Below, one piece after another: positions 25,405-33,716 of a stretch of DNA of 52,519 bases. The translations under genes were made by a program, and so were the position numbers. Position 1 is the stretch's first letter. Every line of letters begins with the position of its first letter. The notes beneath the pieces are model-generated. The model did no database searches and was not told the DNA's origin. It saw only the letters and a program-made list of their open reading frames with translations. The stretch spans positions 1 to 52,519 of the forward strand of contig JAOPZW010000375.1 of NCBI GenBank assembly GCA_025963905.1, given 5' to 3'. This DNA comes from Solirubrobacterales bacterium. Lineage in GTDB: Bacteria > Actinomycetota > Thermoleophilia > Solirubrobacterales > Solirubrobacteraceae.

Positions 25405-26378
25405 ATCGACAGCACCAACTTGCCGAAGTGCTCGCGACGCTCCAGCTCAGCGTGCGCCTCGGCGGCGCGGGCGAGCGGCCGGACGTCGTGGACGACCGGC
25501 CGCCACGACGGATGGCGGCCGACCAGGTCCAGCAGCGCCGCGAAGTCGCGCGGGGAGCCCATCGTCGTCCCGAGGATCGTGTGCTGGCCGAAGTAGAAGG
25601 GGCGCACGGGCACCGCAGCGACGTCGCCGGCCGTCGCGCCGAACGCGACCAGTCGGCCGCCGGGGTTGAGCGTCGCGAGGCCGTCGGGCCACGTCGCGCC
25701 GACCGAGTCGATGACGAGGTCGACGCCGCGCTCGCCGGCCAGCTCGCGGGCCTGGGCGACCCAGTCCGCATCGCTGTAGAGGACGCCGCCGTCGGCGCCG
25801 AGCTCGCGCGCGCGGTCAATCTTGCCGGCGGACGACGAGGTGACGAGGACGCGCGCGCCGGCCAGGGCGGCGAGGGCGACCGCCATCGTCGAGACGCCGC
25901 TGCCGGCGCCGAGGACCAGCACGGTCTCGCCGGCCTGTAGGCTGCCGCGCGTGAACAGCGCGCGGTAGGCGGTGACGCCCGCCAGGGGCAGGGCGGCGGC
26001 CTCGGCCCAGGACCAGCCGGCGGGCATGGCAAGGACATTGCCTTCGGGCACGGCGACCAGCTCGGCGTAGGTGCCGTCGGTGTGGTCGCCGAGGATCTCG
26101 AAGTCCGGCGCCGGGAAGCGGTCGTCGGCCCCCCAGTGCAGCGACGGCGCGATGACGACGGCCTCGCCGGTGTCGCCCCGCACGCCCGCGCCGTCGGCAC
26201 CGGGGATCCGCGGCAGCGCGACGTCGTATTGCCCGTTGCGGACGAGCACGTCGTGCCAGTTCAGCGCCGCGGCGCGCAGCTCCACGACGACCCAGCCCGG
26301 CGGCGCCGCCGGGTCCGGGCGCTCGCCGAAGACCAGCGCGTCGGGTCCGCCGAACGCCCCGAGCGAGACCGCGTTCAC
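25401..26378 (-). CDS. Medium-chain dehydrogenase/reductase, quinone-oxidoreductase-like
   Basis: GTG at 26378 (VNAVSLGAFGGPDALV...). Contains GAGSGVSTMAV and a C-terminal HFGKLVLSI. GTGA overlap with the upstream ACAD-like gene. Its stop shares CTAG with the convergent ligase gene. Confidence 0.85.
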   Translation of the reverse strand: MNAVSLGAFGGPDALVFGERPDPAAPPGWVVVELRAAALNWHDVLVRNGQYDVALPRIPGADGAGVRGDTGEAVVIAPSLHWGADDRFPAPDFEILGDHTDGTYAELVAVPEGNVLAMPAGWSWAEAAALPLAGVTAYRALFTRGSLQAGETVLVLGAGSGVSTMAVALAALAGARVLVTSSSAGKIDRARELGADGGVLYSDADWVAQARELAGERGVDLVIDSVGATWPDGLATLNPGGRLVAFGATAGDVAAVPVRPFYFGQHTILGTTMGSPRDFAALLDLVGRHPSWRPVVHDVRPLARAAEAHAELERREHFGKLVLSI

Positions 26379-27448
26379 GACGCGACGGCCACGGGCCGCG
26401 CGGCGGCCACCAGGTCGGCGGCCAGCAGGTCGCGATGCGCGTCGGGCGAGCCGAAGAGCAGATTGTCGCTCTTGATCCGCTTGAACGGGAACTGCAGGTC
26501 GTGCTCCCACGTGTAGCCGACCGCGCCGTGCAGGAAGAGCGCCTTGTCGGCGACGCGGACCGCCGCGGCGCAGGCCTGCGACTTGGCGATCGCGGCGTGC
26601 ACGGCGGCGTCGTCGACGCCGGCGTCGACCGCCCACGCGCCGTAGTGCACCGCGGCGCGTGCGCCCTCGACGTCGACGAGCATCTGCGCCGCGCCGTGCT
26701 TGACGGCCTGGAACGAGCCGACCGGCACGCCGAACTGCTGGCGCTCCTTGACGTACTCCACGGTCAAGTCCAACAGCTTGCCGGCGGCGCCCAACGCGTC
26801 GGCGGCGACGGCGATCGCCGCGGCCTGGCCGGCGGCGCGCAGGGCGTCGAGCGAGACCGTGCCGAGCGGGCGCGAGGCAGCGCCCTCGAGGTCGACGTCG
26901 ACGAGCGAGCGCGTGCCGTCGACCAGAGCGCGCGGCGTCGTCGTGGCGCCGGTCACGCCGTGCAGCTCGACCTCGGCGCCGGCGGCGACCGGGACGACGA
27001 GCTCGTCCGCCGCGCCGCCGAGGACGAAGCGCAGAGAGGCATCGACGGAGGCGACGGGCGCGACCAGCGGCGCCCGCCCGTCGACCGCAAGCGCCACCGC
27101 GCGTGTTCCCTCGGCCGCCGCGGCGGCAAGCTCGATCGCCGCGTCGTCGCCGCTCGCCAGCAGCAGCCGGGCCGCCACGCACCCCGCGAGGGTCCGGTCC
27201 CACGGCACCGCGCCGCGGCCGAGCTGCTCGGCGAGCACTGCCAGCTCGACGACGCCGCCGCCCTGGCCGCCGTGGTCCTCGTCGACGCCGATGCCCGTCC
27301 AGCCCTGGCGCACTGCGACCGCGTGCGCCGCGTCGGTCGCGCGGGCCTTCGCCCACTCGCGCACCGCGCCGGGCGCGGCGTCGCGGGCGACCACGCCGGC
27401 GACCGCGTCGAGGAGGAACTCCTGCTCGTCTGTCAGCTCGACCCTCAT
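26375..27448 (-). CDS. Acyl-CoA dehydrogenase-fold protein lacking the FAD/substrate TEPxxGSD motif and the canonical catalytic Glu (beta-subunit-like)
   Basis: 357 aa from ATG 27448. The ACAD C-terminal blocks are present (YVKERQQFGVPVGSFQAVKH, GAVGYTWEHDLQFPFKR). The C-terminus reads NLLFGSPDAH where IYEGTxEI is expected. Confidence 0.8.
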   Translation of the reverse strand: MRVELTDEQEFLLDAVAGVVARDAAPGAVREWAKARATDAAHAVAVRQGWTGIGVDEDHGGQGGGVVELAVLAEQLGRGAVPWDRTLAGCVAARLLLASGDDAAIELAAAAAEGTRAVALAVDGRAPLVAPVASVDASLRFVLGGAADELVVPVAAGAEVELHGVTGATTTPRALVDGTRSLVDVDLEGAASRPLGTVSLDALRAAGQAAAIAVAADALGAAGKLLDLTVEYVKERQQFGVPVGSFQAVKHGAAQMLVDVEGARAAVHYGAWAVDAGVDDAAVHAAIAKSQACAAAVRVADKALFLHGAVGYTWEHDLQFPFKRIKSDNLLFGSPDAHRDLLAADLVAAARPVAVAS

Positions 27449-27459
27449 GCCCGCCACTA

Positions 27460-27474
27460 TAAACGATCGTTCAC
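27460..27474. promoter_or_regulatory. Operator site 3: TAAACGATCGTTCAC
   Basis: Minus strand: GTGAACGATCGTT-TATAGT-GGCGGGC-ATG(27448). Confidence 0.65.
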
Positions 27475-27525
27475 CTCCTGCGCCACCGTAATCCCCAGTA
27501 GGCAAGCGAATCTGACAGCCAGCAG

Positions 27526-27539
27526 TAACGCTCGTTAAC
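27526..27539. promoter_or_regulatory. Degenerate second operator TAACGCTCGTTAAC upstream of the BadH-like gene
   Basis: Its core AACGCTCGTT has one mismatch to AACGATCGTT. It is followed by TACAGT (27549..27554) + 7 nt + ATG 27562. Confidence 0.45.
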
Positions 27540-27561
27540 GGATGCTGGTACAGTCGGCGCC

Positions 27562-28338
27562 ATGAGCGGAAACGGCGCAGGCGCAGAGGCGCGCACGGCC
27601 CTGGTCACCGGTGGAGGGCGGGGCATCGGCCGCGCGATCGCGGAGGGCCTGGCCACCGACGGCTTCCAAGTCGTCATCGTAGATCTCCGAGAGGCCGAGG
27701 CCCAGGAGTCGGTCAGCGCGATCGAGGCGGCGGGCGGCTCCGCCCTCGCCGTCGCGTGCGACGTCGCCGACTCGGCCAGCGTCGAGCGCGCCGTCACCGC
27801 CGCGCACGAGCGCTTCGGCCACGTCGACGTCCTCGTCAACTGCGCGGGCTGGGACGACCTGATGCCGTTCCTCGCCACCGACGAGGCGTTCTGGGACCGC
27901 GTCATCGACATCAACTTCAAGGGGCCGCTGCGCTTCACGCGGCTGCTGCTGCCCGGCATGGTCGAGCGCGGCTACGGGCGCATCGTCAACATCGGCTCCG
28001 ACGCCGGCCGCGTCGGCTCGTCGCTGGAGTCGGTGTACTCGGGCGCCAAGGGCGGCCTGATCTCGTTCACCAAGACCATCGCCCGCGAGGTCGCGCGCAA
28101 GGGCGTCACCGCCAACGTCGTCTGCCCGGGCCCGACCGACACGCCGATGCTGCAGGAGACGATGGCCGCCGCCGATGACGCCGACGCGGTGCTGAAGGCG
28201 ATGGTCCGGGCCGTCCCGATGAAGCGCCTCGGCTCCCCCGACGACATCGCCGCCGCGGTGCGCTTCTTCGCCAGCGACGCGGCGGGCTACGTCACGGGCC
28301 AGACGCTGTCGGTCAGCGGCGGCCTCACGATGGCATGA
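27562..28338 (+). CDS. SDR, 3-hydroxyacyl-CoA / 2-hydroxycyclohexanecarboxyl-CoA dehydrogenase (BadH)-like
   Basis: Contains TGGGRGIG, NCAG and S...YSGAKGG. It sits directly upstream of a BadI-like gene. Confidence 0.88.
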   Translation: MSGNGAGAEARTALVTGGGRGIGRAIAEGLATDGFQVVIVDLREAEAQESVSAIEAAGGSALAVACDVADSASVERAVTAAHERFGHVDVLVNCAGWDDLMPFLATDEAFWDRVIDINFKGPLRFTRLLLPGMVERGYGRIVNIGSDAGRVGSSLESVYSGAKGGLISFTKTIAREVARKGVTANVVCPGPTDTPMLQETMAAADDADAVLKAMVRAVPMKRLGSPDDIAAAVRFFASDAAGYVTGQTLSVSGGLTMA

Positions 28339-28387
28339 GCATGGAACCAGCAACGGCAACGGCGCGAACGCCGCAGGAGGAGACGCA

Positions 28388-29185
28388 ATGGACGAGTTGA
28401 CCGACGTCCTCTACGAGGTCGAGGACGGCCTCGCGACGATCACGATCAACCGGCCGGACCGCTTCAACGCGTTCCGGGCCAAGACCGTCGACGAGCTGAT
28501 CGGCTGCCTGAAGCGCGCATGGGCCAGCAGCGACGTGGGCGTCGTCTGCCTCACCGGCGCCGGCGATCGCGCGTTCTGCACCGGCGGCGACCAGAAGCAG
28601 CGCATGGAGACCGGTGACTACGGTCCGTCGCAGCACGGCCTGTTCGAGATCGACGCGCTGCACCACACGCTGCGCGACATCCCCAAGCCGGTCATCGCCG
28701 CGGTCAACGGCTACGCGATCGGCGGCGGCCACGTCCTGCACGTCCTGTGCGACCTGACGATCGCCTCCGACAAGGCCGTCTTCGGCCAGGTCGGGCCCAA
28801 GGTCGGGTCGTTCGACGCCGGCTTCGGCACCGGCTACCTCGCGCGTGTCATCGGCGAGAAGCGCGCGCGGGAGATCTGGTTCCTGTGCCGGCAGTACGGT
28901 CCGGACCAGGCGATGGAGTGGGGCCTGATCAACAAGACCGTTCCGCACGAGGACCTCTACAAGGAGGTCCGCCAGTGGGCCGACGAGATCCTGCGCCTGT
29001 CGCCGACCGCGCTGCAGGTCCTGAAGCAGTCGTTCAACACCGACACCGAGCAGTTCGCGTCGGTCGGCCAGATGGCCTACTCGAGCCTCCAGCTGTTCAC
29101 GCAGAGCGCCGAGGCGCAGGAGGGCATCACCGCCTTCAACGAGAAGCGCCCGCCGGAGTTCGCGCCCTTCCGCGCCGGCCAGTAG
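28388..29185 (+). CDS. MenB-family crotonase, 2-ketocyclohexanecarboxyl-CoA hydrolase (BadI)-like
   Basis: 265 aa. Contains [53 protein letters not shown] and EKRPPEF. It is shorter than the menB product and lacks the MenB tail, matching BadI length and blocks as I recall them. Confidence 0.85.
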   Translation: MDELTDVLYEVEDGLATITINRPDRFNAFRAKTVDELIGCLKRAWASSDVGVVCLTGAGDRAFCTGGDQKQRMETGDYGPSQHGLFEIDALHHTLRDIPKPVIAAVNGYAIGGGHVLHVLCDLTIASDKAVFGQVGPKVGSFDAGFGTGYLARVIGEKRAREIWFLCRQYGPDQAMEWGLINKTVPHEDLYKEVRQWADEILRLSPTALQVLKQSFNTDTEQFASVGQMAYSSLQLFTQSAEAQEGITAFNEKRPPEFAPFRAGQ

Positions 29186-29209
29186 CCGCCCGGCGTACCC
29201 CATGGGGAA

Positions 29210-29238
29210 GCTCTTCCTCCCCCGAAGGGAGGAGGAGC
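29210..29238 (+). terminator. GC-rich hairpin (12-bp stem, 5-nt loop), possible factor-independent terminator or attenuator without a U-tract
   Basis: GCTCTTCCTCCC (29210..29221) pairs with GGGAGGAGGAGC (29227..29238), with one G-U pair. It lies 25 nt after the BadI-like stop. Confidence 0.35.
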
Positions 29239-29275
29239 GCCCCCGCGGGCCCTCCGGCCGGTCTACGTTCGCGGC

Positions 29276-30115
29276 GTGAGGGTCGTGCGCTACGCGGTGG
29301 AGGGCGGGGATCCCCGGACAGGGATCGTGCGCGGTGACGAGGTCGTCGACGTGGGGACGCTCCCGCCGGTCGAGCTGATCGCGGCCGGGGTGACCGAACC
29401 CGACGGCGGCCGCGCAACGCCGCTGGCCGACGTCACGCTCCTGCCGCCCGTCGAGCGGCCGCCGAAGTTCCTGGCGATCGGCCTCAACTACGCCGACCAC
29501 GCCGCCGAGGCGAATCTGGCCACGCCGGAGTTCCCGGTGGTCTTCGCCAAGCTGGGGTCCTGCGTCAACAGGCCGTTCGGCGCGATCGAGCGCCCGCGCG
29601 TCTCCGACCAGCTCGACTACGAGGGCGAGCTCGGGATCGTGATCGGCCGCCGCTGCCGGCACGTCAGCGCCGCCGACGCGCCGGCGGCGATCGCCGGCTA
29701 CGTCGTCGTCAACGACGTCTCGGTGCGCGACTGGCAGACGCGGACGCCGCAGTGGACGCTGGGCAAGTCGTTCGACACGCACGGCCCGATCGGCCCGTGG
29801 CTGACGACCGCCGACGAGGTGGGGGACCCGCACGCGCTCGGGATCCGCACCTGGGTCAACGGCGAGCTGCGCCAGGAGTCCAACACCCAGCACCTGATCT
29901 TCGACTGCTACGCCTTGGTCGAGCACCTCTCGGCGGCGTGCACGCTGGAACCCGGCGACGTCATCGCCACCGGGACGCCCGCGGGCGTGGGCATGTTGAT
30001 GGACCCGCCGCGCCTGTTGCGCGCTGGCGACGTCGTCCGGGTCGAGATCGACCGGCTCGGCGCGATCGAGAACCGCGTCGTCGACGAGCCGGCGGCGAAC
30101 GACAGAAGGGGTTGA
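29276..30115 (+). CDS. Fumarylacetoacetate hydrolase (FAH) family hydratase/decarboxylase/isomerase
   Basis: Contains GLNYADHA, DYEGELGIVIG, NDVSVRDWQ, GKSFDT and TGTPAGVG. GTG start. Confidence 0.9.
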   Translation: MRVVRYAVEGGDPRTGIVRGDEVVDVGTLPPVELIAAGVTEPDGGRATPLADVTLLPPVERPPKFLAIGLNYADHAAEANLATPEFPVVFAKLGSCVNRPFGAIERPRVSDQLDYEGELGIVIGRRCRHVSAADAPAAIAGYVVVNDVSVRDWQTRTPQWTLGKSFDTHGPIGPWLTTADEVGDPHALGIRTWVNGELRQESNTQHLIFDCYALVEHLSAACTLEPGDVIATGTPAGVGMLMDPPRLLRAGDVVRVEIDRLGAIENRVVDEPAANDRRG

Positions 30116-30121
30116 AGGACC

Positions 30122-31444
30122 GTGGCGCTGGACACGCAGGACCTGCAGGACGCCGTCATCGACGATCGCGAGCGCGGGGTGTTCCGCGTCAAGCGCACGA
30201 CGATGACCGCCGACGCGATGTGGCACCTGGAGCGCAAGCGGGTCTTCGATCAGTGCTGGCTCTACGTCGGCCATACCTCGGAGATCGCCGAGCCCGGCGA
30301 CTTCGTCCGCCGCAAGGTCGCGGGGCGCCCGCTGGTCTTCGTCCGCGGCCGCGACGGCGAGGTCCGCGCCTTCTACAACTCGTGCACGCACCGCGGCGCG
30401 CGTGTCTGCCGCCAGGACCACGGCAACACCAAGTCCTTTCAGTGCTTCTACCACGCGTGGACGTTCTCGACAGAGGGCAAGTTGGTGGGGATCCCGGACA
30501 AGGAGGGCTACGCGCACGCGGTCGATCCCGCCGAGCTGGGGCTGCGGCCGGTCGCGCGGCTGGCCTGCTACCGCGACTTCTGGTTCGTGTCGTTCAACCC
30601 CGAGGTCGAGCCGCTCGAGGACTACCTCGCCGGGGCCAAGGAGTACATCGACCTCGTTGCCGACCAGGGCGCCGACGGGATGTGCGTCCTGCCCGGCACC
30701 CACCAGTACGCGTGCAACGCCAACTGGAAGCTGATGGTGGAGAACTCGGTCGACGGCTACCACGGCGCGCCGCTGCACCACACGTACTTCGCGTTCCTGG
30801 CCAGCCAGGGCGACGACGACGGCGCCAAGCAGCTGCGCAGCGTCGAGGCGCGGGCCTACGACCTGGGCAACGGCCACGCGGTCGTCGACTACCCGGCGCC
30901 GTTCCCGCGCGCGATCGCCCGCTGGCACCCGATCTACGGCGAGGACGCGAAGGACGAGCTGCAGGGCATCCGCGACGAGCTGGTCGACCGCTGCGGCGAG
31001 GAGCGCGCGCACCGGATGGCCGAGACGTGCCGCAACCTGCTCATCTACCCCAACCTGCTCCTGCTCGACGTCGCGGGCCTGACGCTACGCACGGTCTGGC
31101 CGGTGCGGCCCGACTACATGGAGCTGACCGGCTACGCGCTGGCGCCGCGCGGTGAGAGCGCCGCGCAGACGCGCCGGCGGCTGGAGGGCTTCAACCTGTT
31201 CCTCGGCCCGGGCGGCCTGGCGACGCCCGACGACATCGAGGCGCTGGAGGCCTGCCAGGAGGGCTTCGCGGCCACCGCCGAGGACTACTCGGACATCTCG
31301 CGCGGCATGCACCGCGACGCGGCGACGGTCGACGAGCTGCAGATGCGCGCATTCTGGCGCGAGTGGCAGGCCAACATGTTGGGGTTGGGCCACGGGGCCC
31401 ACGACGAGGGGCCGAAGCCGGCGCCGGCCGGGGTGGCGTCGTGA
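30122..31444 (+). CDS. Rieske non-haem iron ring-hydroxylating oxygenase, alpha subunit
   Basis: Rieske motif CTHRGARVC-x11-CFYHAW (CxH-x17-CxxH). Mononuclear iron motif ENSVDGYHGAPLH (E-x3-D-x2-H-x4-H). Confidence 0.92.
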   Translation: MALDTQDLQDAVIDDRERGVFRVKRTTMTADAMWHLERKRVFDQCWLYVGHTSEIAEPGDFVRRKVAGRPLVFVRGRDGEVRAFYNSCTHRGARVCRQDHGNTKSFQCFYHAWTFSTEGKLVGIPDKEGYAHAVDPAELGLRPVARLACYRDFWFVSFNPEVEPLEDYLAGAKEYIDLVADQGADGMCVLPGTHQYACNANWKLMVENSVDGYHGAPLHHTYFAFLASQGDDDGAKQLRSVEARAYDLGNGHAVVDYPAPFPRAIARWHPIYGEDAKDELQGIRDELVDRCGEERAHRMAETCRNLLIYPNLLLLDVAGLTLRTVWPVRPDYMELTGYALAPRGESAAQTRRRLEGFNLFLGPGGLATPDDIEALEACQEGFAATAEDYSDISRGMHRDAATVDELQMRAFWREWQANMLGLGHGAHDEGPKPAPAGVAS

Positions 31445-31971
31445 GCGTGGCGGCGGCGGCTTCGGAAACGCTGCTGACGCGCCTCGCGGTCGAGGACTTC
31501 CTGTACGCCGAGGCCGCGCTGCTCGACGCCTGGCGCCTGGATGACTGGCTCGCGCTGTTCACCGAGGATTGCCGCTACTTCATCCCGGCGACCGATCTGC
31601 CCGACGGCGACCCGCGCGCGACGCTCGGGCTCATCGACGACGACCGCGCGCGCCTGCAGGGCCGCGTCGACCGCCTCAACAGCGCCAAGGCCTACCGCGA
31701 GTTCCCGTGGTCGCGCACGACGCGGCTGATCACGAACGTGCGGCTGCCGGCTGATGCGCCGGACACGGCGCCCGGCGAGCTGGCGGTCGCGGCGAACTGC
31801 GCGGCGTGGCGGTACCGCAAGGGCGACGAGCAGACGCTCGTCGGCGCGTTGGAGTACAGGCTGGCGCCGGCCGCCGACGACGCGCCCGCCGCCTTCCGCA
31901 TCCGCTCCAAGCGCGTTGTGCTGACCGCCGAGGCCCTGCGTCCGCACGGCACGCTGAGCATCATCTTGTAG
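31441..31971 (+). CDS. Ring-hydroxylating dioxygenase beta subunit (NTF2/SnoaL fold)
   Basis: The GTG at 31441 overlaps the alpha stop (GTGA). Contains FLYAEAALLDAWRLDDWLALFTEDCRYFIP and a C-terminal R.R.KRVVL. Confidence 0.85.
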   Translation: MSVAAAASETLLTRLAVEDFLYAEAALLDAWRLDDWLALFTEDCRYFIPATDLPDGDPRATLGLIDDDRARLQGRVDRLNSAKAYREFPWSRTTRLITNVRLPADAPDTAPGELAVAANCAAWRYRKGDEQTLVGALEYRLAPAADDAPAAFRIRSKRVVLTAEALRPHGTLSIIL

Positions 31972-31995
31972 ACGTAGGACAACGAGGAGAGAGAC

Positions 31996-32904
31996 ATGGC
32001 CGCGACCCCCGACCTCGGGCTGCTGCGCCTCGCGCACGTCGCCCTGATCAGCGCCGACCCCGCCGCGCTGGCCGCGCATTACGAGGACACCGTTGGCCTC
32101 GTCGACCTCGGCGCCGGCCCCGACGGCGTGCGCCGGCTGGCGACCAACGGCTTCCACCACTGCCTGGAGATCCACCCCGGCGACGGGCCCGGCCTGGATC
32201 ACATCGCCTTCGAAGTGCGCGACGCGGCCGCGGCCGGCGCGGCGCTGGACGCGGGCGGCGTGGTGGCGACGCCCGCGGTCGACGCGGTCGGCTACACGGC
32301 GGCGGTCGCGTTCGACGACCCCGAGGGCAACACCATCAGGTTGGTGTCCGGCGCGCTCCCCGGCGACGCGGTCGCGCCCGGTGACCGCACGTTCCGGCCG
32401 TCCAAGGTGGGGCACATCGGCGTGCGCGCCGAGGACCCGGCGGCGCAGGCCCGGTTCTTCACCGACGTGATCGGATTCCGGCTGAGCGACTGGATCGGCG
32501 AGCAGGTGGTGTTCCTGCGCTGCAATCCCGACCACCACGTGCTGGTATTCGTCGCCGAGCCGCGCGGGGCAGGGGAGAGCGCGGTGCACCACGTCGCCTA
32601 CGAGGTCGGCTCGTTCGAGGACTTCGCCCGGCAGGCCGACCTGCTCGCCGCCCACGACGTCCGCGTCGACTGGGGCCCGGGTCGGCACGCGCCGAGCCGC
32701 AACTACTTCATGTACTTCGACGACGCTGACGGCAACCGCATCGAGTGGGTCAACTCGATCAAGCAGATCCCGGACGACGGCACCTACGTCCCCGAGGTCT
32801 ACGACCCGGCGGTGCCGACGACCTGGAACGTCTGGGGCGTCATGCCACCGCCGCACTTCCTCAAGCGCATCGGCCCCGCCGAGCCGGCCGCCGCGGGGGC
32901 CTGA
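31996..32904 (+). CDS. Type I extradiol ring-cleavage dioxygenase (VOC superfamily, two-domain)
   Basis: Contains LAHVAL...HHCLEIH...LDHIAFEV in domain 1 and VGHIGVR...FLRCNPDHH...HHVAYEV...GPGRH in domain 2. Confidence 0.9.
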   Translation: MAATPDLGLLRLAHVALISADPAALAAHYEDTVGLVDLGAGPDGVRRLATNGFHHCLEIHPGDGPGLDHIAFEVRDAAAAGAALDAGGVVATPAVDAVGYTAAVAFDDPEGNTIRLVSGALPGDAVAPGDRTFRPSKVGHIGVRAEDPAAQARFFTDVIGFRLSDWIGEQVVFLRCNPDHHVLVFVAEPRGAGESAVHHVAYEVGSFEDFARQADLLAAHDVRVDWGPGRHAPSRNYFMYFDDADGNRIEWVNSIKQIPDDGTYVPEVYDPAVPTTWNVWGVMPPPHFLKRIGPAEPAAAGA

Positions 32905-32907
32905 CCG

Positions 32908-33666
32908 GTGCGCCGCTTCGAGGGGCGGACGGCGATCGTCACGGGCGCGGGCGGCGCGATCGGCGCCGCCATCGCCCGCCGGCTGGGCAGCGAGGGGGCG
33001 GGCCTGGTGCTCGCCGACCTCGACGATGCGACAGTGGACGCGACTGCGACGCAGCTGTGCGAGGCCTATGCCATCGATGTGGTCACCGTCTCCGGCGACC
33101 TCAGCGACGCCGCGGTCGCGCAGGCCGTGGCCGACGCCGCGCGCGAGCGCTTCGACCGCATCGACGTCCTGGTCAACAACGCCGGCGGCGGGGTGATCCT
33201 GCCGACCGAGGAGCAGACCGAGGCGACGCTCCAGGCCACGCTGGACCGCAACATCTGGACGGTCCTGCGCACGACGCTGGCCACGCTGCCGACCATGCGC
33301 GAGGCGGGCTACGGGCGCATCGTGATGATCGGCGCCGACTCCGTGCGCAACGGCCTGGACCGCCACGCGGTCTACAACGCCGCCAAGGGCGGGGTCCACG
33401 CCTTCGCTGCCGGCCTGGCGCGCGAGTACGCGCGGGCCGGGATCACCGTCAACACCGTCGCGCCGTGCGCGACCGCGACGCCCGAGCTGGCCGCGATCGT
33501 CGCGCGCTCGCCGGAGGTCGGCGAGGCCTTCACGCGCGTGATCCCGATGGGCCGCCCGGCGGCGCTGGAGGAGGTCGCCTCGGCCGTCGCCTTCCTCGCC
33601 TCCGACGAGGCGTCGTTCATCACCGGCCAAGTGCTCGGCGTCAACGGCGGCAGCACCATGAACTAG
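32908..33666 (+). CDS. SDR, cis-dihydrodiol / hydroxyacyl dehydrogenase-like
   Basis: Contains TGAGGAIG, NNAG and YNAAKGG. GTG start 3 nt after the dioxygenase stop. Confidence 0.9.
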   Translation: MRRFEGRTAIVTGAGGAIGAAIARRLGSEGAGLVLADLDDATVDATATQLCEAYAIDVVTVSGDLSDAAVAQAVADAARERFDRIDVLVNNAGGGVILPTEEQTEATLQATLDRNIWTVLRTTLATLPTMREAGYGRIVMIGADSVRNGLDRHAVYNAAKGGVHAFAAGLAREYARAGITVNTVAPCATATPELAAIVARSPEVGEAFTRVIPMGRPAALEEVASAVAFLASDEASFITGQVLGVNGGSTMN

Positions 33667-33678
33667 AACAGCGCCGTG

Positions 33679-33716
33679 TGCCCCCAACGGGGGGCAAGGA
33701 CTCCCCCCTGGGGGGA
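33679..33716 (+). terminator. Two tandem C-run/G-run hairpins (TGCCCCC-AACG-GGGGGCA; TCCCCCC-T-GGGGGGA)
   Basis: Read directly 13 nt after the SDR stop, in the 140-bp gap before SBP3. A related GAGTCCCCCCTG recurs at 33783..33794. Confidence 0.35.

Noticed and set aside
25401-27356. Single 651-aa ORF spanning the QOR-like gene and the ACAD-like gene
   Set aside because: The N-terminal ~325 aa are an Arg/Gly-rich out-of-frame shadow of the ACAD-like gene. The MDR homology starts exactly at GTG 26378, which overlaps (GTGA) the ACAD-like stop.
28388-29185. A second menB copy (menaquinone biosynthesis)
   Set aside because: It is shorter (265 vs 287 aa), lacks the MenB C-terminal DFSKFPR-type tail, and sits after a BadH-like SDR in a catabolic context. 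It was called BadI-like instead, pending phylogeny.
28325-31012. 895-aa minus-strand ORF; similar long antisense ORFs occur at 31285..33729, 39988..41787, 42461..44362, 23776..25188, 15064..16563, 11221..13017 and 125..1000
   Set aside because: All of them overlap plus-strand genes that have strong family motifs. Their translations are Arg/Gly/Asp/Val low-complexity strings, which is the expected stop-codon-poor antisense frame of a high-GC genome.
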